Shown in pieces: positions 11,449 to 21,501 of a stretch of DNA of 64,000 nucleotides. Source of the stretch: Selaginella moellendorffii (lineage: Eukaryota > Plantae > Lycopodiophyta); NCBI RefSeq assembly GCF_000143415.4, contig NW_003314261.1, forward strand, positions 3,836,880-3,900,879, given 5' to 3'. Made by a program: the position numbers and the translations under genes. The notes below the pieces were generated by a model. The model was not told the DNA's origin, ran no database searches, and worked only from the letters and a program-made list of their open reading frames with translations. How positions within the stretch are numbered: the first letter of the stretch is position 1; every line of letters starts with the position of its first letter.

Positions 11449-13764
11449 TTATATTAAACGTTTAAGCAGTGCCTCCCATCTCTTACTGAAGAAAACTGCG
11501 TAACTCCATAGTATGCATGAAACACCACCACCAACAATGGCAGCCAGAATCGTTTCATCACCATGTCCATCATCACTGTCTTCATCTGTGTGATCACCAT
11601 GCAAAGGATTATACAAACCAGCACACTCTGCAAGGGGGAAGCCACAAAGGCCTGGGTTTCCTTCATAGCTGCTCACCGGGAATAATGCAAGCTGAGCACT
11701 CTGTGGAACCCTTCCAAGAAGCTTGTTGTTCGAGATGTTTAAGTATTTCAGGAAGGTGAGGTTGCCAAGCGAGTCCGGGATGTGTGATTCAAGCCAGTTC
11801 TGTGATAAATCTAGCCACTCCAGGTTCTTGAGGTTTCCAATTGTGGAAGGAATGGCCCCTGTAAGTAAGTTGTGTGCGAGATTTAGCACATTTAAGTCTC
11901 GCATGCCACCGAATTCCTCTGGGATTGTTCCAGTGAAGCTGTTGTGCGAGAGATCAATAGCCAAAGGACTGTTTACCAGATTATATATTGTTAAGTTGAA
12001 ACCAGGAGGTGCCAGAAAGAACCATCTTCTGCATCTGGTTGCAAACGGAAGTTGCTCAAAGTCATCCAAGCGGATCCCTTGCAGTATGAAAACCTCCTCA
12101 TAAGCTTTGCAGATGGATGCCTCTATGTTGATTGCAAACACCATCAGAAACGGGAAGGTTATTTCGGTTATTTCATCCTCTTCCACTACTGATGAGCGGC
12201 CGATCCAGCTTGGAATTTGTCCTGTCAACTGATTGTCGTTCACTAAAAGCAGGACTAGAACGTTGCTGTTCCTCAGCTCGCTTGGTAGGCCACCCTGAAG
12301 CTTGTTGTGACTCAGTAAAAGAGATCGAAGGCTCAGCATACTTCCAATAGATGCCGGGATTGCTCCAGATATCATGTTGTTGCTCAGAAACAGCAAGCAG
12401 AGTTTCTTCAGCCTAGATATTTGCTGAGGAATGACGCCTGTGATATTGTTAAAACTGAGATTTAGTGTCACCAGCTCACTACAGTTGCTGATTGTAGCGG
12501 GTATGCTGCCTTCAAGATTGTTCCCCCAAAGAAGAAGATGTTGAAGCTTCGGGAGTCTGCTGCACATATCCACTGGAATAGGCCCTGCTAGAGAATTGAT
12601 GCTCATATCAAGCATTTCCAGATTACCACAGTTCATGGCTGAGTTCAGAACCCGACCATGCAACCTGTTATATACCAGCAGCAAAGACTTAAGTGAGGAC
12701 CTTGCAGGGCAGATGCTTGGGTTGCCAGTGTTGAACAAGTTGCAGCTCAGGTCTAGAACCTTAAGACTTGGAGGAACTGTAGGGAGTTCACCTATAAAGT
12801 TGTTGTGGTCGGCTTGGAGAACTTGAAGAGACTTAAAAACCGTAGCTAAACTTCGATTGGCAAATACCGAGAGGAATGGTCCAGATAAGTGATTGTCTGA
12901 TAGATTGAGCATCTTCAAAGCAGCACAATCCTTCCGAAAAACTGTCCCAGAAATGTTGTTAAACGAGAGATCCAGCTCCTCCAGACTAGGACAGTGGTCT
13001 ATCTGAAATGTTGTGAAGAAGTTGGTAGACAGGTTGAGCTTCTGAAGACTGTTGGATGAACGTAGACCAGAAAGTTCCCCTGTCAAATTATTCGACGACA
13101 ATGAAAGCTCTTGTAAGCTTCTGCAGTTTATAAACATATCTTCAGGCACCCCTCCAACCAGCTGATTGCTCGATATGTCTAGAAACCGCAAGCTCTTGCA
13201 CAATGCGAAAAAGGAAGCAGGTATCGAGCCACTGATTCTGTTGTGAGATAAATCAACCGAAACCATAACATGCCCGATTGATCCCTTCAGCGAAATTTCT
13301 CTTAGCTTGTTGTGTGAGAGGTTCAAGTGCCTGATGCCTTTGCAAGTAACCAAAAGAATATCTAGAAAATGACTAGTGAAATCGTTGCTTGACAAATTGA
13401 GGAACTCCAAAGAGCATTTCTGCGGTGATATGTTGATCTCAGTGAAGTTGTTCCCCGAAGCAGACAAATTGCGTAGTTGAGGCAGGGCTTGGATTGTTGA
13501 AAGTGGAAAAAGGCCCGAAAGTGACAGAGAATCAATCTGTATGCCAGTGATCCGCCCTACTGAGGAACAACTTACACCAATCCAGTGGCAAACGTTTGTG
13601 CCCGCCTTCCAGTTATTCAGTGCCCCAAGAGGATCATCCACAGAAAGTTTAAAGCTTAAGAGTGCTTCAACCTCTGAATCTTCAGCACTTGCATGAAAAA
13701 CAATTGTGACAGCAAGCAGGACAAGAGCAAGCAGCCTACATGGATCCATTAGAATGCCTAGCAA
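11449..13764 (-). CDS. LRR receptor-like protein (signal peptide, LRRNT, many LRRs, BRI1/BRL-like island, 4 LRRs, TM, short tail; no kinase)
   Basis: Intronless 771-aa ORF; CHWIGVSC cap, LxLSxNxLxGxIP repeats, GNPGLCGFPLAEC C-cap, acidic juxtamembrane region, TM helix. Confidence 0.95.
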   Translation of the reverse strand: MLGILMDPCRLLALVLLAVTIVFHASAEDSEVEALLSFKLSVDDPLGALNNWKAGTNVCHWIGVSCSSVGRITGIQIDSLSLSGLFPLSTIQALPQLRNLSASGNNFTEINISPQKCSLEFLNLSSNDFTSHFLDILLVTCKGIRHLNLSHNKLREISLKGSIGHVMVSVDLSHNRISGSIPASFFALCKSLRFLDISSNQLVGGVPEDMFINCRSLQELSLSSNNLTGELSGLRSSNSLQKLNLSTNFFTTFQIDHCPSLEELDLSFNNISGTVFRKDCAALKMLNLSDNHLSGPFLSVFANRSLATVFKSLQVLQADHNNFIGELPTVPPSLKVLDLSCNLFNTGNPSICPARSSLKSLLLVYNRLHGRVLNSAMNCGNLEMLDMSINSLAGPIPVDMCSRLPKLQHLLLWGNNLEGSIPATISNCSELVTLNLSFNNITGVIPQQISRLKKLCLLFLSNNMISGAIPASIGSMLSLRSLLLSHNKLQGGLPSELRNSNVLVLLLVNDNQLTGQIPSWIGRSSVVEEDEITEITFPFLMVFAINIEASICKAYEEVFILQGIRLDDFEQLPFATRCRRWFFLAPPGFNLTIYNLVNSPLAIDLSHNSFTGTIPEEFGGMRDLNVLNLAHNLLTGAIPSTIGNLKNLEWLDLSQNWLESHIPDSLGNLTFLKYLNISNNKLLGRVPQSAQLALFPVSSYEGNPGLCGFPLAECAGLYNPLHGDHTDEDSDDGHGDETILAAIVGGGVSCILWSYAVFFSKRWEALLKRLI

Positions 13765-14819
13765 TATGCTTACAGTATATGTAAAAGTCCACCAATCTCA
13801 ATTGGCCACATGACTTTGACGGGGTTCGAACACGGAATCAGAAGAGAAGTCCAACCCAAATTCTACTAATAAATATTTGAACTTCATGGAGAGTTTGACT
13901 TTGCCTTGGTTGTCCCAGACTTGAAAAAAATGTTAATACTCTCTCTAAAAAACAAAGACAGAGAAGAAAGAAACAAAGAGTCCCAATGAAATCATCATTG
14001 CCAATGACGTGATCCTTCAAATAGCTTCAAAAACATGGTCTCGTCCTCCAGAGGAACTTCACTCTCACCCTCGAGGCTAAACACGAATTTTTCGTTCCAC
14101 TTCGGACTGGAACCCTACCCTGGAAGATGGAAGACAAAGTTTTGGTCTAGATAAGAGAAAAAAACTATGAGAGCTCGTGAGGATCGCATAAGGGTCTGAT
14201 TTCCCTAGAAGAAGAAGAAGCATCAGAGAATGACAGCAAACTCCTACCCAAAATGTCACTGTTCTTGATGTCGGAGCGTCGATGAGACAAACCTTCTATT
14301 CGTTCTTACTTGAAATCAAGAGATTTTCACAAAAAGTTCTTCCCATTTGTACCACCCACGTCATTTTCATGATATATTTATTTTAATGGAGGCATGCTTC
14401 TCTCACTTTTACCTTTTATACTTCATACTTCACGTGGTTTACAATTAGGCTGTCTTTTCGGAGGTTGACACAATTTCTGATCACATGTTTGCAGTGAAGA
14501 AAAAGACACTTCTACTTAAACAAAATATAAGAGATTATCTTACATTTGCGCGTTTCTCATGATGAATCTAGGTTAGCATTAAACAAGCTATATATGTTAA
14601 TAGGCATCCACTGCGTTTCTCATACTCTTACATTTTAAACTATTAAATCGTGTAGATGTAGGTTGCTGTCTGAGCTGGGATTGACACACACCATATCGAG
14701 GTTAATAAGTATGAATAAGAGCCCATTTCCATATGCATTGTAATGTAAGCATGTACACCACTTCATTTTTAAAATTTAGATTAGAGTTAAATGTTGTAGA
14801 GCACATGGTTTACAATTAG

Positions 14820-15080
14820 GATTCATATATGGAAAAAGGAAAACACAATTACTCTTTCAACATGTGAAGCTGAATACAATGCAAATATCACAAAAGAAGC
14901 AATTTGATTGAGAAGACTTCTAGCAAATATTGGACTTCCATGTTTAAAACCCAATTGTCTACAATAACAATACGTCAACTTTAGCATGATTGAAAATCTG
15001 ATCTTTCATGCTAGAACAAAACACATTGAGATGGATCACTTCTTTATTTGAGATCATAGAGTAGAAGGAGAAATAAAAAA
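14820..15080 (+). mobile_element. Ty1/copia RNase H remnant
   Basis: STCEAEY, KEAI*LRRLL and FHARTKHIEMDHFFI readable through stops. Confidence 0.8.
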
Positions 15081-15411
15081 ATACTTCACCTGGTTTCGAG
15101 CCAGTTTAGGCTATACTTCTTTAAGGTAATTGGTAGAAAACTAAAGAGTATTGTATTTGAATTCCTCTTCTCAACTGAAGTGAACCGTGCTAACACAGTA
15201 AGCACTATAGCAGGAACAAGCAGGTCTTCTGTTAGGGACGCAGAAACAATAAAGGCTCACATTTTCATCGTATTCGTCACGTAAAGGATTTGCTCGAAGG
15301 GTAGGTTTATAAGAGATTCCGATGTTGCTAACCGGTAAGGAGAAATGAGATTTACGCACCTTGCATTATTGACTTTAAAACCTAAAAACAAACAGCGAGA
15401 TACATATCAAC

Positions 15412-16266
15412 CTACTCAACGAAGGCTTTGAATGCCTCCAAGCACTGAGCAATGTGATGGCGGTGCTGCCTGGAAAGCATTGTATCGGATTTGTTGGCAG
15501 GGAGATTGGGAATGACATACTTCTTGACCCGGGTGACTAGAGTGGGCTCATCTCCATTTCTCACACAGTCGGCCAGAGCTTTCGTCATTGGGATGACGTA
15601 AAAGGTAGGACAAGTACCTGAAGAACAATGTGGCTATAGCTCGATCAAACGAAATACCAAGTACTTACCTAGCATGACAATACCTGGAATCGTCTGCTGG
15701 TCCGGAAAATCTTCCCTTCCCAGCCTTTCGTACAAGCGCCTGTTCTCCTGGTATGCTGCAACCGCCTCTGCCATCAATTGTGCTTCTGGATGATGGCCTA
15801 CATCGTAGCTTTTGTCTTCTTGAACCAGTAGCTTGATTGCGGTGTCCAATCTCTCGATGAGAACATCAGGGGTTGCTTGAGTTTTGGCGTTGGACATGAA
15901 GAGATCCAGGGTACATCTGCTGCGCACCGAATTGTCGTCGCCATCGTACTCAAACAGCTCCAGGAGTGAGGTTGACATGTCTTCCACGGCCGACTCTTCG
16001 TGCCTGTGTGTTTTGGTCACTGCGATTATGTGCTTGACCAGGAGCCTGACGAAGCGAGACCTTATGTGTCGGATTTGTATCGTCGACTGCAGCATGACAT
16101 CGCTCAAGTCTAAACCCAGAAACTCACTCACGTCCTCGTTGAACATCTGCGGAGGTTCTACCCCGAAAAACGAGCGAAACTCTCTTTCCTGGGCAGTCTC
16201 CATCTTAAAGTAATTTACCTGAGTTTCTGTCCACTCGGAACCTGATTTGCATGGCAGCCGTCGCAT
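15412..16266 (-). CDS. Uncharacterised fungal-like protein with putative PD-(D/E)XK fold (exons 16266-15669 and 15617-15412)
   Basis: KSGSEW, EESAVED, TPDV..LLVQEDK, PEAQLMAEAVAAYQ, IPGIVMLGTCPTFY, CLEAFKAFV; the 51-nt GT-AG intron restores the frame. Confidence 0.75.
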
Positions 16267-16420
16267 GCTTTAGGGTTAAACAGTGAATAACGCCAGCAAG
16301 GGGTATATTCATTGAATAATTTCTGGTATATTCATCGAATAACTTCTAGCATATTCAATGAATATACCAGAGGATTCCGAGACAATACTATCAACTTTTT
16401 AGATTTGGAGAGTCCTTCTC

Positions 16421-18163
16421 TCAAGCTCTACATTTCTTCTTGCTTCTACACGTCAGATCCTCGCTCCAATCCTCGCTCCCAACGCACTTCTTGCACACAA
16501 ACAGGCCCTGCGGATCCACAGCCTCCTTGATGAGCTTGAGCTTGTCATACTTGTCGCCAAAGAATGCCTGCTGCCAGTCCGGCTCGTTAACATCCGCCTC
16601 GTTGAGATAGCAGCCCGAGGATGGCGCCACTCTCCTCAGCCTGCCCCCGGTCTTGGTGATGGCGCGAGCAAGAGACTTCTTCGCCGCCTGGGTCTCGTTG
16701 GCAGGGAAGAGCTTCACGACTATGATGTGCCACAGGGCTTCCCTCCATGCCGGATTCACTGCGTTGTCTCGAGCCACTGAAACCTCGCCACCCGCGGTCA
16801 AGTACCCCATGACTCGATCGTATCCCTCGTCCCAAATCCCGACTAGAGTCTGTGCCAGCTCCTCCGGATCGTCGCTAAAGGTGCTGCTCGGGATCAATCT
16901 CGACACCAGCAGCTCCGAGGAGCCAGTTGCGAAGGAGCAGCCGGACTTGGAGCACTGGACGGCCTCGTGCCACTTGAGGTAGGAGGAGAAGCTCTGCATT
17001 GCCCCGTTGACGCTCACGCCGGCGATGCCCCTCGCCTCCGAGAGGAATGGATCGAACGAGCTCTGCGCAAAGGAGGAGTTCTTGTCTGGAAGAAGGTACT
17101 GGACGATGAGCGCCCGCTTGGCGATGAGGAAGAAGCCACCCCATCCGTCCTGGGACAGGCCCGGATTGCTCTTGACGAACTCCGTGACGACCAGCTCAAA
17201 GCTCTCGGAAGTGTTGGCGCCGACAACGTACGAGGCAAACTGCAAGCTCTTCAGCGCAGGATGAGTCGCGTGAGTCACGGAAACCACGACACCGAAAGTT
17301 CCTCCGCCGCCGCCACGAAGAGCCCAGAACAGGTCCTTGTTCTGGCAGGCATTCGCCACCACCAGCTTCCCGTCCGCCGTCACGACCTTGTACTGGAGAA
17401 CGTTGTCCGCCGAGAGGCCATACTTGGGTGACAGAGGACTGTGCCCCGCGGCTTGAGGATAGCCTCCGGCAGCTCCAACCGAGGAACACTGAGCACCAGC
17501 TATGGCTTTCCCATGCGCGTCGGCAGCGCGGTAGAGCTCCTCCCACACAACTCCTGCTCCAATTGTCACGCCGGATCGAGCAGCCGAGCTGTTGCATCCC
17601 TCTGGAACAAACTCCTCGACGAAAGAAATATCCTTGAGGTGGTGCGTCCATATGCTAAGCGACCCCGCTGCGTTGCTGCGTCCCAAGTAGTCGTGACCCG
17701 TGTTCTTGACGGTCACACGAAGGTTGTAAGTCGCGGCAAATTCCACAGCTCTCTGGACGTGCGATGCGCTCGACACGTTGACGGCAAACACCGAGACCCG
17801 CCCTTGATAGCAGCTACTTGTCTTGTTCCCGGAGAGAAGGCAACCTTCGTTGCCATCCATCTCGAAGAAGGAGTCTTGCATGGCACCGGGCTGCGCAGCT
17901 CTCCAAAACGCATCGCTCCATTTCTGCGTCACCTCGAGGCACTGCAGAGCGTTGTACTCGGGCTCGTGGCACGGCCAAGCCGGCGGTTTCGAAGCTACGA
18001 GCTGCCCATCAATGGACGCATTGAGAGCCTGCCAGGCGCTTGAGTCGGGCCAGCAGTCATCAGAAGGTAGACACTTGCAGCTAAATGCCGTCGGTCTTGC
18101 TCGCATTGACGATGCCAAGAGCACAGTGAGGACGACGAGTAGCACACCACCGCAAAAGCCCAT
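16421..18163 (-). CDS. Secreted FAD-linked oxidoreductase (VAO/BBE-like superfamily, fungal isoamyl-alcohol-oxidase type)
   Basis: Intronless 580 aa; signal peptide, CKCLPSDDCWP, VKNTGHDYLGRS, DLFWALRGGGGGTFGVV, YLNEAD..WQQAFFG, DPQGLF. Confidence 0.92.
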   Translation of the reverse strand: MGFCGGVLLVVLTVLLASSMRARPTAFSCKCLPSDDCWPDSSAWQALNASIDGQLVASKPPAWPCHEPEYNALQCLEVTQKWSDAFWRAAQPGAMQDSFFEMDGNEGCLLSGNKTSSCYQGRVSVFAVNVSSASHVQRAVEFAATYNLRVTVKNTGHDYLGRSNAAGSLSIWTHHLKDISFVEEFVPEGCNSSAARSGVTIGAGVVWEELYRAADAHGKAIAGAQCSSVGAAGGYPQAAGHSPLSPKYGLSADNVLQYKVVTADGKLVVANACQNKDLFWALRGGGGGTFGVVVSVTHATHPALKSLQFASYVVGANTSESFELVVTEFVKSNPGLSQDGWGGFFLIAKRALIVQYLLPDKNSSFAQSSFDPFLSEARGIAGVSVNGAMQSFSSYLKWHEAVQCSKSGCSFATGSSELLVSRLIPSSTFSDDPEELAQTLVGIWDEGYDRVMGYLTAGGEVSVARDNAVNPAWREALWHIIVVKLFPANETQAAKKSLARAITKTGGRLRRVAPSSGCYLNEADVNEPDWQQAFFGDKYDKLKLIKEAVDPQGLFVCKKCVGSEDWSEDLTCRSKKKCRA

Positions 18164-18476
18164 GCTCGATCGGAACTTCGGAAACTTGGAAACTGACTTG
18201 CCTCGAAAAGCGCGAGAGGCGGAGATATAAATGCTGCCCGAATGTCGAACCTGCCTTTCACTGCTGGGATAACTTCCTCCAGTCTACCTTCACTGTCGTG
18301 TATTGCCGCGGGTGATTTCTTGAGCGCATTCTCGCTTCGTGATAAAGTTGTCGACTTCGCACGCCATCTAGAACATCGGACTTACATGACCCCCCCGGCC
18401 CGGTCGAGAGGGAAAACACTCCACATATTTTGCTGGGACTCTCCAAAAAAATTCCGCCGATGGACGACGCACGCCG

Positions 18477-19570
18477 TCACCTCGTAAATCTTGCAATACG
18501 TGCCTGCCGTATGGCCTCGGCAGAAGTTTGCGGCGAGCCAGGCAGCGGTTCATGCTGTGGCCACGGCGGAGCCGTCGGGCTGAAGGAACTGCTGCCGCCA
18601 CCCGACCTCGGAGTCCCACACATCTCACAACTGTCGGCAGGCTCCCAGTTTTCGTACGTGCAAGCTCGACACCTCCACATCTGAAAACTTATCCCGCCTC
18701 CACTTCCACCACCTTCATTCCTGGATCCCACAGATCCTCCACCGAAGCGACGAGACGGCGGTGGCGATGGTCGTCCCAGTAAGAACCACAGCGGCCTAGT
18801 CACCAACATCCACGACCAGTTCGCCGATCGTCTTACGAGAGCCCCGATGCCACTGGAGAAGAACCTGGGAGCACGTACGTAGAGCAGCCCTGCTAGAATT
18901 CCGGAGAGGTGGCCCAAGAACGAGGCGCCTGGCATGAACATCTGGACGAGAACGAGCTCTGCCCATGCTGCAAACCTCGCTGGTACTACGAAGCCATAGA
19001 CGATGGCGTTGGCTGGAGAGTTGTGATTGAGGACTACCTTGAGAGCGAAGAGAAGCGCCGAGAATCCCACGGCACAGGACGTGTAAGGCGCAGGCGAATC
19101 GGTCAGGGTCGAGACGAGCGTTCCCAGCAACACCATCAAGCCGTGAGACATCCCCAGGAGGAGAGCCACCATGGACGCGAATTTCGGGCTTCCCATTCTA
19201 CCTTCGAGCTGAACGCCCTTCCAGAGCAGTGAGATCATGTTGTAGAACAGGTGCGCTTCGTCGACGTGGTAGAAAGCCGAGAGAAGCAAGCGCTTCACAT
19301 CGAAATTCTGCGAAATCTCGATCAAACCGGGGGATTCTCAAGAGGATTACGAGCGCTTACCCGGAGAACAAGGTAGGGACTGAGGCAGACCTCCTCGATC
19401 GATGGCAAAACCTCGTGCAGGCTCCCAGGGCGCAGATAGACGATCACATTCGCGAGAATCAGCGCCGCCGTGACCGGCGGCTTCCTCTCGAGCTGGACGA
19501 ACTGCGAGAAAACGTGAAGCGCCAGCATGAGGAGCATCCCGTTGCTACGACCGCCGCGCCTTCCAGCCAT
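18477..19570 (-). CDS. RBL14: Rhomboid-like protease with C-terminal RanBP2-type zinc finger (2 exons)
   Basis: KPPVTAAL, HLFYNM, AVGFS (catalytic Ser), FLGHLSG (catalytic His), WRCRACTYEN..CEMCGT. Confidence 0.88.
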
Positions 19571-19734
19571 CGCCAAAAGTCCCCCCGCGCAAACCCTAGG
19601 GAGCCCCGCGTGAGGTGTATCAACAAATAAAGCCTCGACACGCGTCAAAAGGATATTCCCACTTTCAAATTTGAAAAGTACGTCGTTGGAGCCCTAAAAA
19701 CTTTGGCAAAATTTTGGCAGAGAGCTCTTCGCTT

Positions 19735-21441
19735 TCACTCTGTTCTCTGGAGTTTCGGCTCGGGCGCATCGTCATCGTCTTGGAAGATCGTGCGCTTCCC
19801 GGTCGCGGCATTCTTCTTATCCTCATGGTTACTATTTCCCTTGAATTTCCTGTCTTGCTTCCCGGGATTTCGAGCTCGATTGTCTCTGCTGTATCGATTT
19901 TGGCCGGAGGTTTCTCGCCGCTTGACCTGTTGATCCCAGATTTTCTTCCAGTAGTCACGCTCGGCTTGTCCTGGGCGAGAGAACGCACAGTAAAGCAAAG
20001 AAGAAAAACCAGCTTTGATTGCAAACCTTCGAGAGCTTCCAGCGTTGCCAAGTAATCCTTGATCACAAGACCGCCCTCGTCCGAGATCACGGCTGCTGTC
20101 CGTGCCTTGCCTGCGTCCTCTGGAGTTTCGAAGCGGATGTATCCCTCGGTCTCGCCCTTTGAGAAGTCGACAAACTGCAGGAAAAATCAAAAGTGAAGAG
20201 AAGAAAGAACGATGGCTTTGAGACCTTCACGCTCCCATACTGCTGGAAGACCGCCTTGAGGTCCTCCCTTATGACCGCGTCACTTTGAGTTCCTTTCTCT
20301 GTTTTCTCTTTTGCCTCTCCGTCTTTATCTTCAGTGTCTTTGCTCTTGTCTTCTTCTTTCTCCTCGTCCTTCTTCTCCTCCTCGGCCTTCTTCTCCGATT
20401 CTTGCTGGGCGCCCTTCTCAATCTTTGTCAGTTTAAAGCGCACAAGAAGTCCTTTCACATAGTCGTCCCTGAAGGAAGAAAAACAATCACTATCGCAAAT
20501 TTCCAGGCAGACGGAATTACCTCTCTTTCTGTTCCTTCTTTGGCAGGGAATTCATGAGTGTCTCGAAGGAGTCCCTGCGAGAGAAAACCACGCCGTGAAA
20601 GATGAACTCACAACAGAAGTTTGAAAGAATTTTACTTGGACTGGAACTTCAAGTCGGCGCCCTTGAAGTTTAGTCCCATCCCAGACGCTCTCTGTGCTTC
20701 TTCTGGAGATGCAAACTCCACAATAGCGTAGCCACTGAAAGCTTTTACTGCAGGGTGACGAGGCACCCGCACGCTAAGAATCTAGAAAGCCAGAAAACGT
20801 TGAATTATCCAAAGACAAACCAAGTATAACTCCTACCTTGCAGTTGCTTTCAAAGAAAGCCTCGATCTCTTCTCTCGTGGTCTTCCACGAAAACGGTGAC
20901 ACTGCCAAACTCCGAGCATCAACTTCAGCACGAACCTCTTCCGGCTTTTGCATTTCGTGGACTCGTCCCACACGGAGGCCTGTAAACAACGAACACGTTT
21001 TAGAACAGGGAAAACCTTTGTTTAGTTTCCAGCTAGAACACATACCATCGTCCGAAACTTTGAGGAACGAGGATTTCCTCAAAACATCCGCGACCGCAGC
21101 GACGACACCCTTGGGAATCGTCTCTGGAGTGGTTTGAGAGAGCCGCAAGTGAAATCTCATCCGAGTGAAGGCGCAAATCACCGACAAGCTCACCACTGTT
21201 ACAAGGAATGGATGTTTAGAAAAAAGCGATTTGAGTGGAAAGCGCGAAAGAAAAAGGTACAGCCGTCGGCGCTCTCCTCAATCGAGCGCAGTAGAAACGC
21301 ATCGTTGGCGAGATTGCTGTCGCTAAAGTAGAATTCCACCTGCGAAGAGGAGAAAAGTCGCGCTCCATCTCACAATGCGCGTCCACTCACCTGTCTCGTG
21401 ATCTTCGCCGCGGCGTCGTCGCCCACAGCACCATTCTCCAT
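19735..21441 (-). CDS. La autoantigen-like RNA-binding protein (La motif plus 2 RRMs), multi-exon
   Basis: RQVEFYFSDSNL, VSLSVICAFTRMR, REDLKAVFQQYG, DFSKGETEGYIRF. Confidence 0.9.
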
Positions 21442-21501
21442 TCGATAAAAACCTCGAAAAACCCTAACCTCTAGAACCCTAAAAATCCTATCAAGGGAGC
21501 G

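Noticed and set aside
9635-13764. BAHD plus BRI1-like RLP as a brassinosteroid gene cluster
   Set aside because: Some BAHDs acylate brassinosteroids, but this one is a pseudogene of unknown clade; adjacency alone is not evidence
21190-21260. La intron as U12-type
   Set aside because: Donor is GTACCTTT, not RTATCCTT, and the branch site is degenerate
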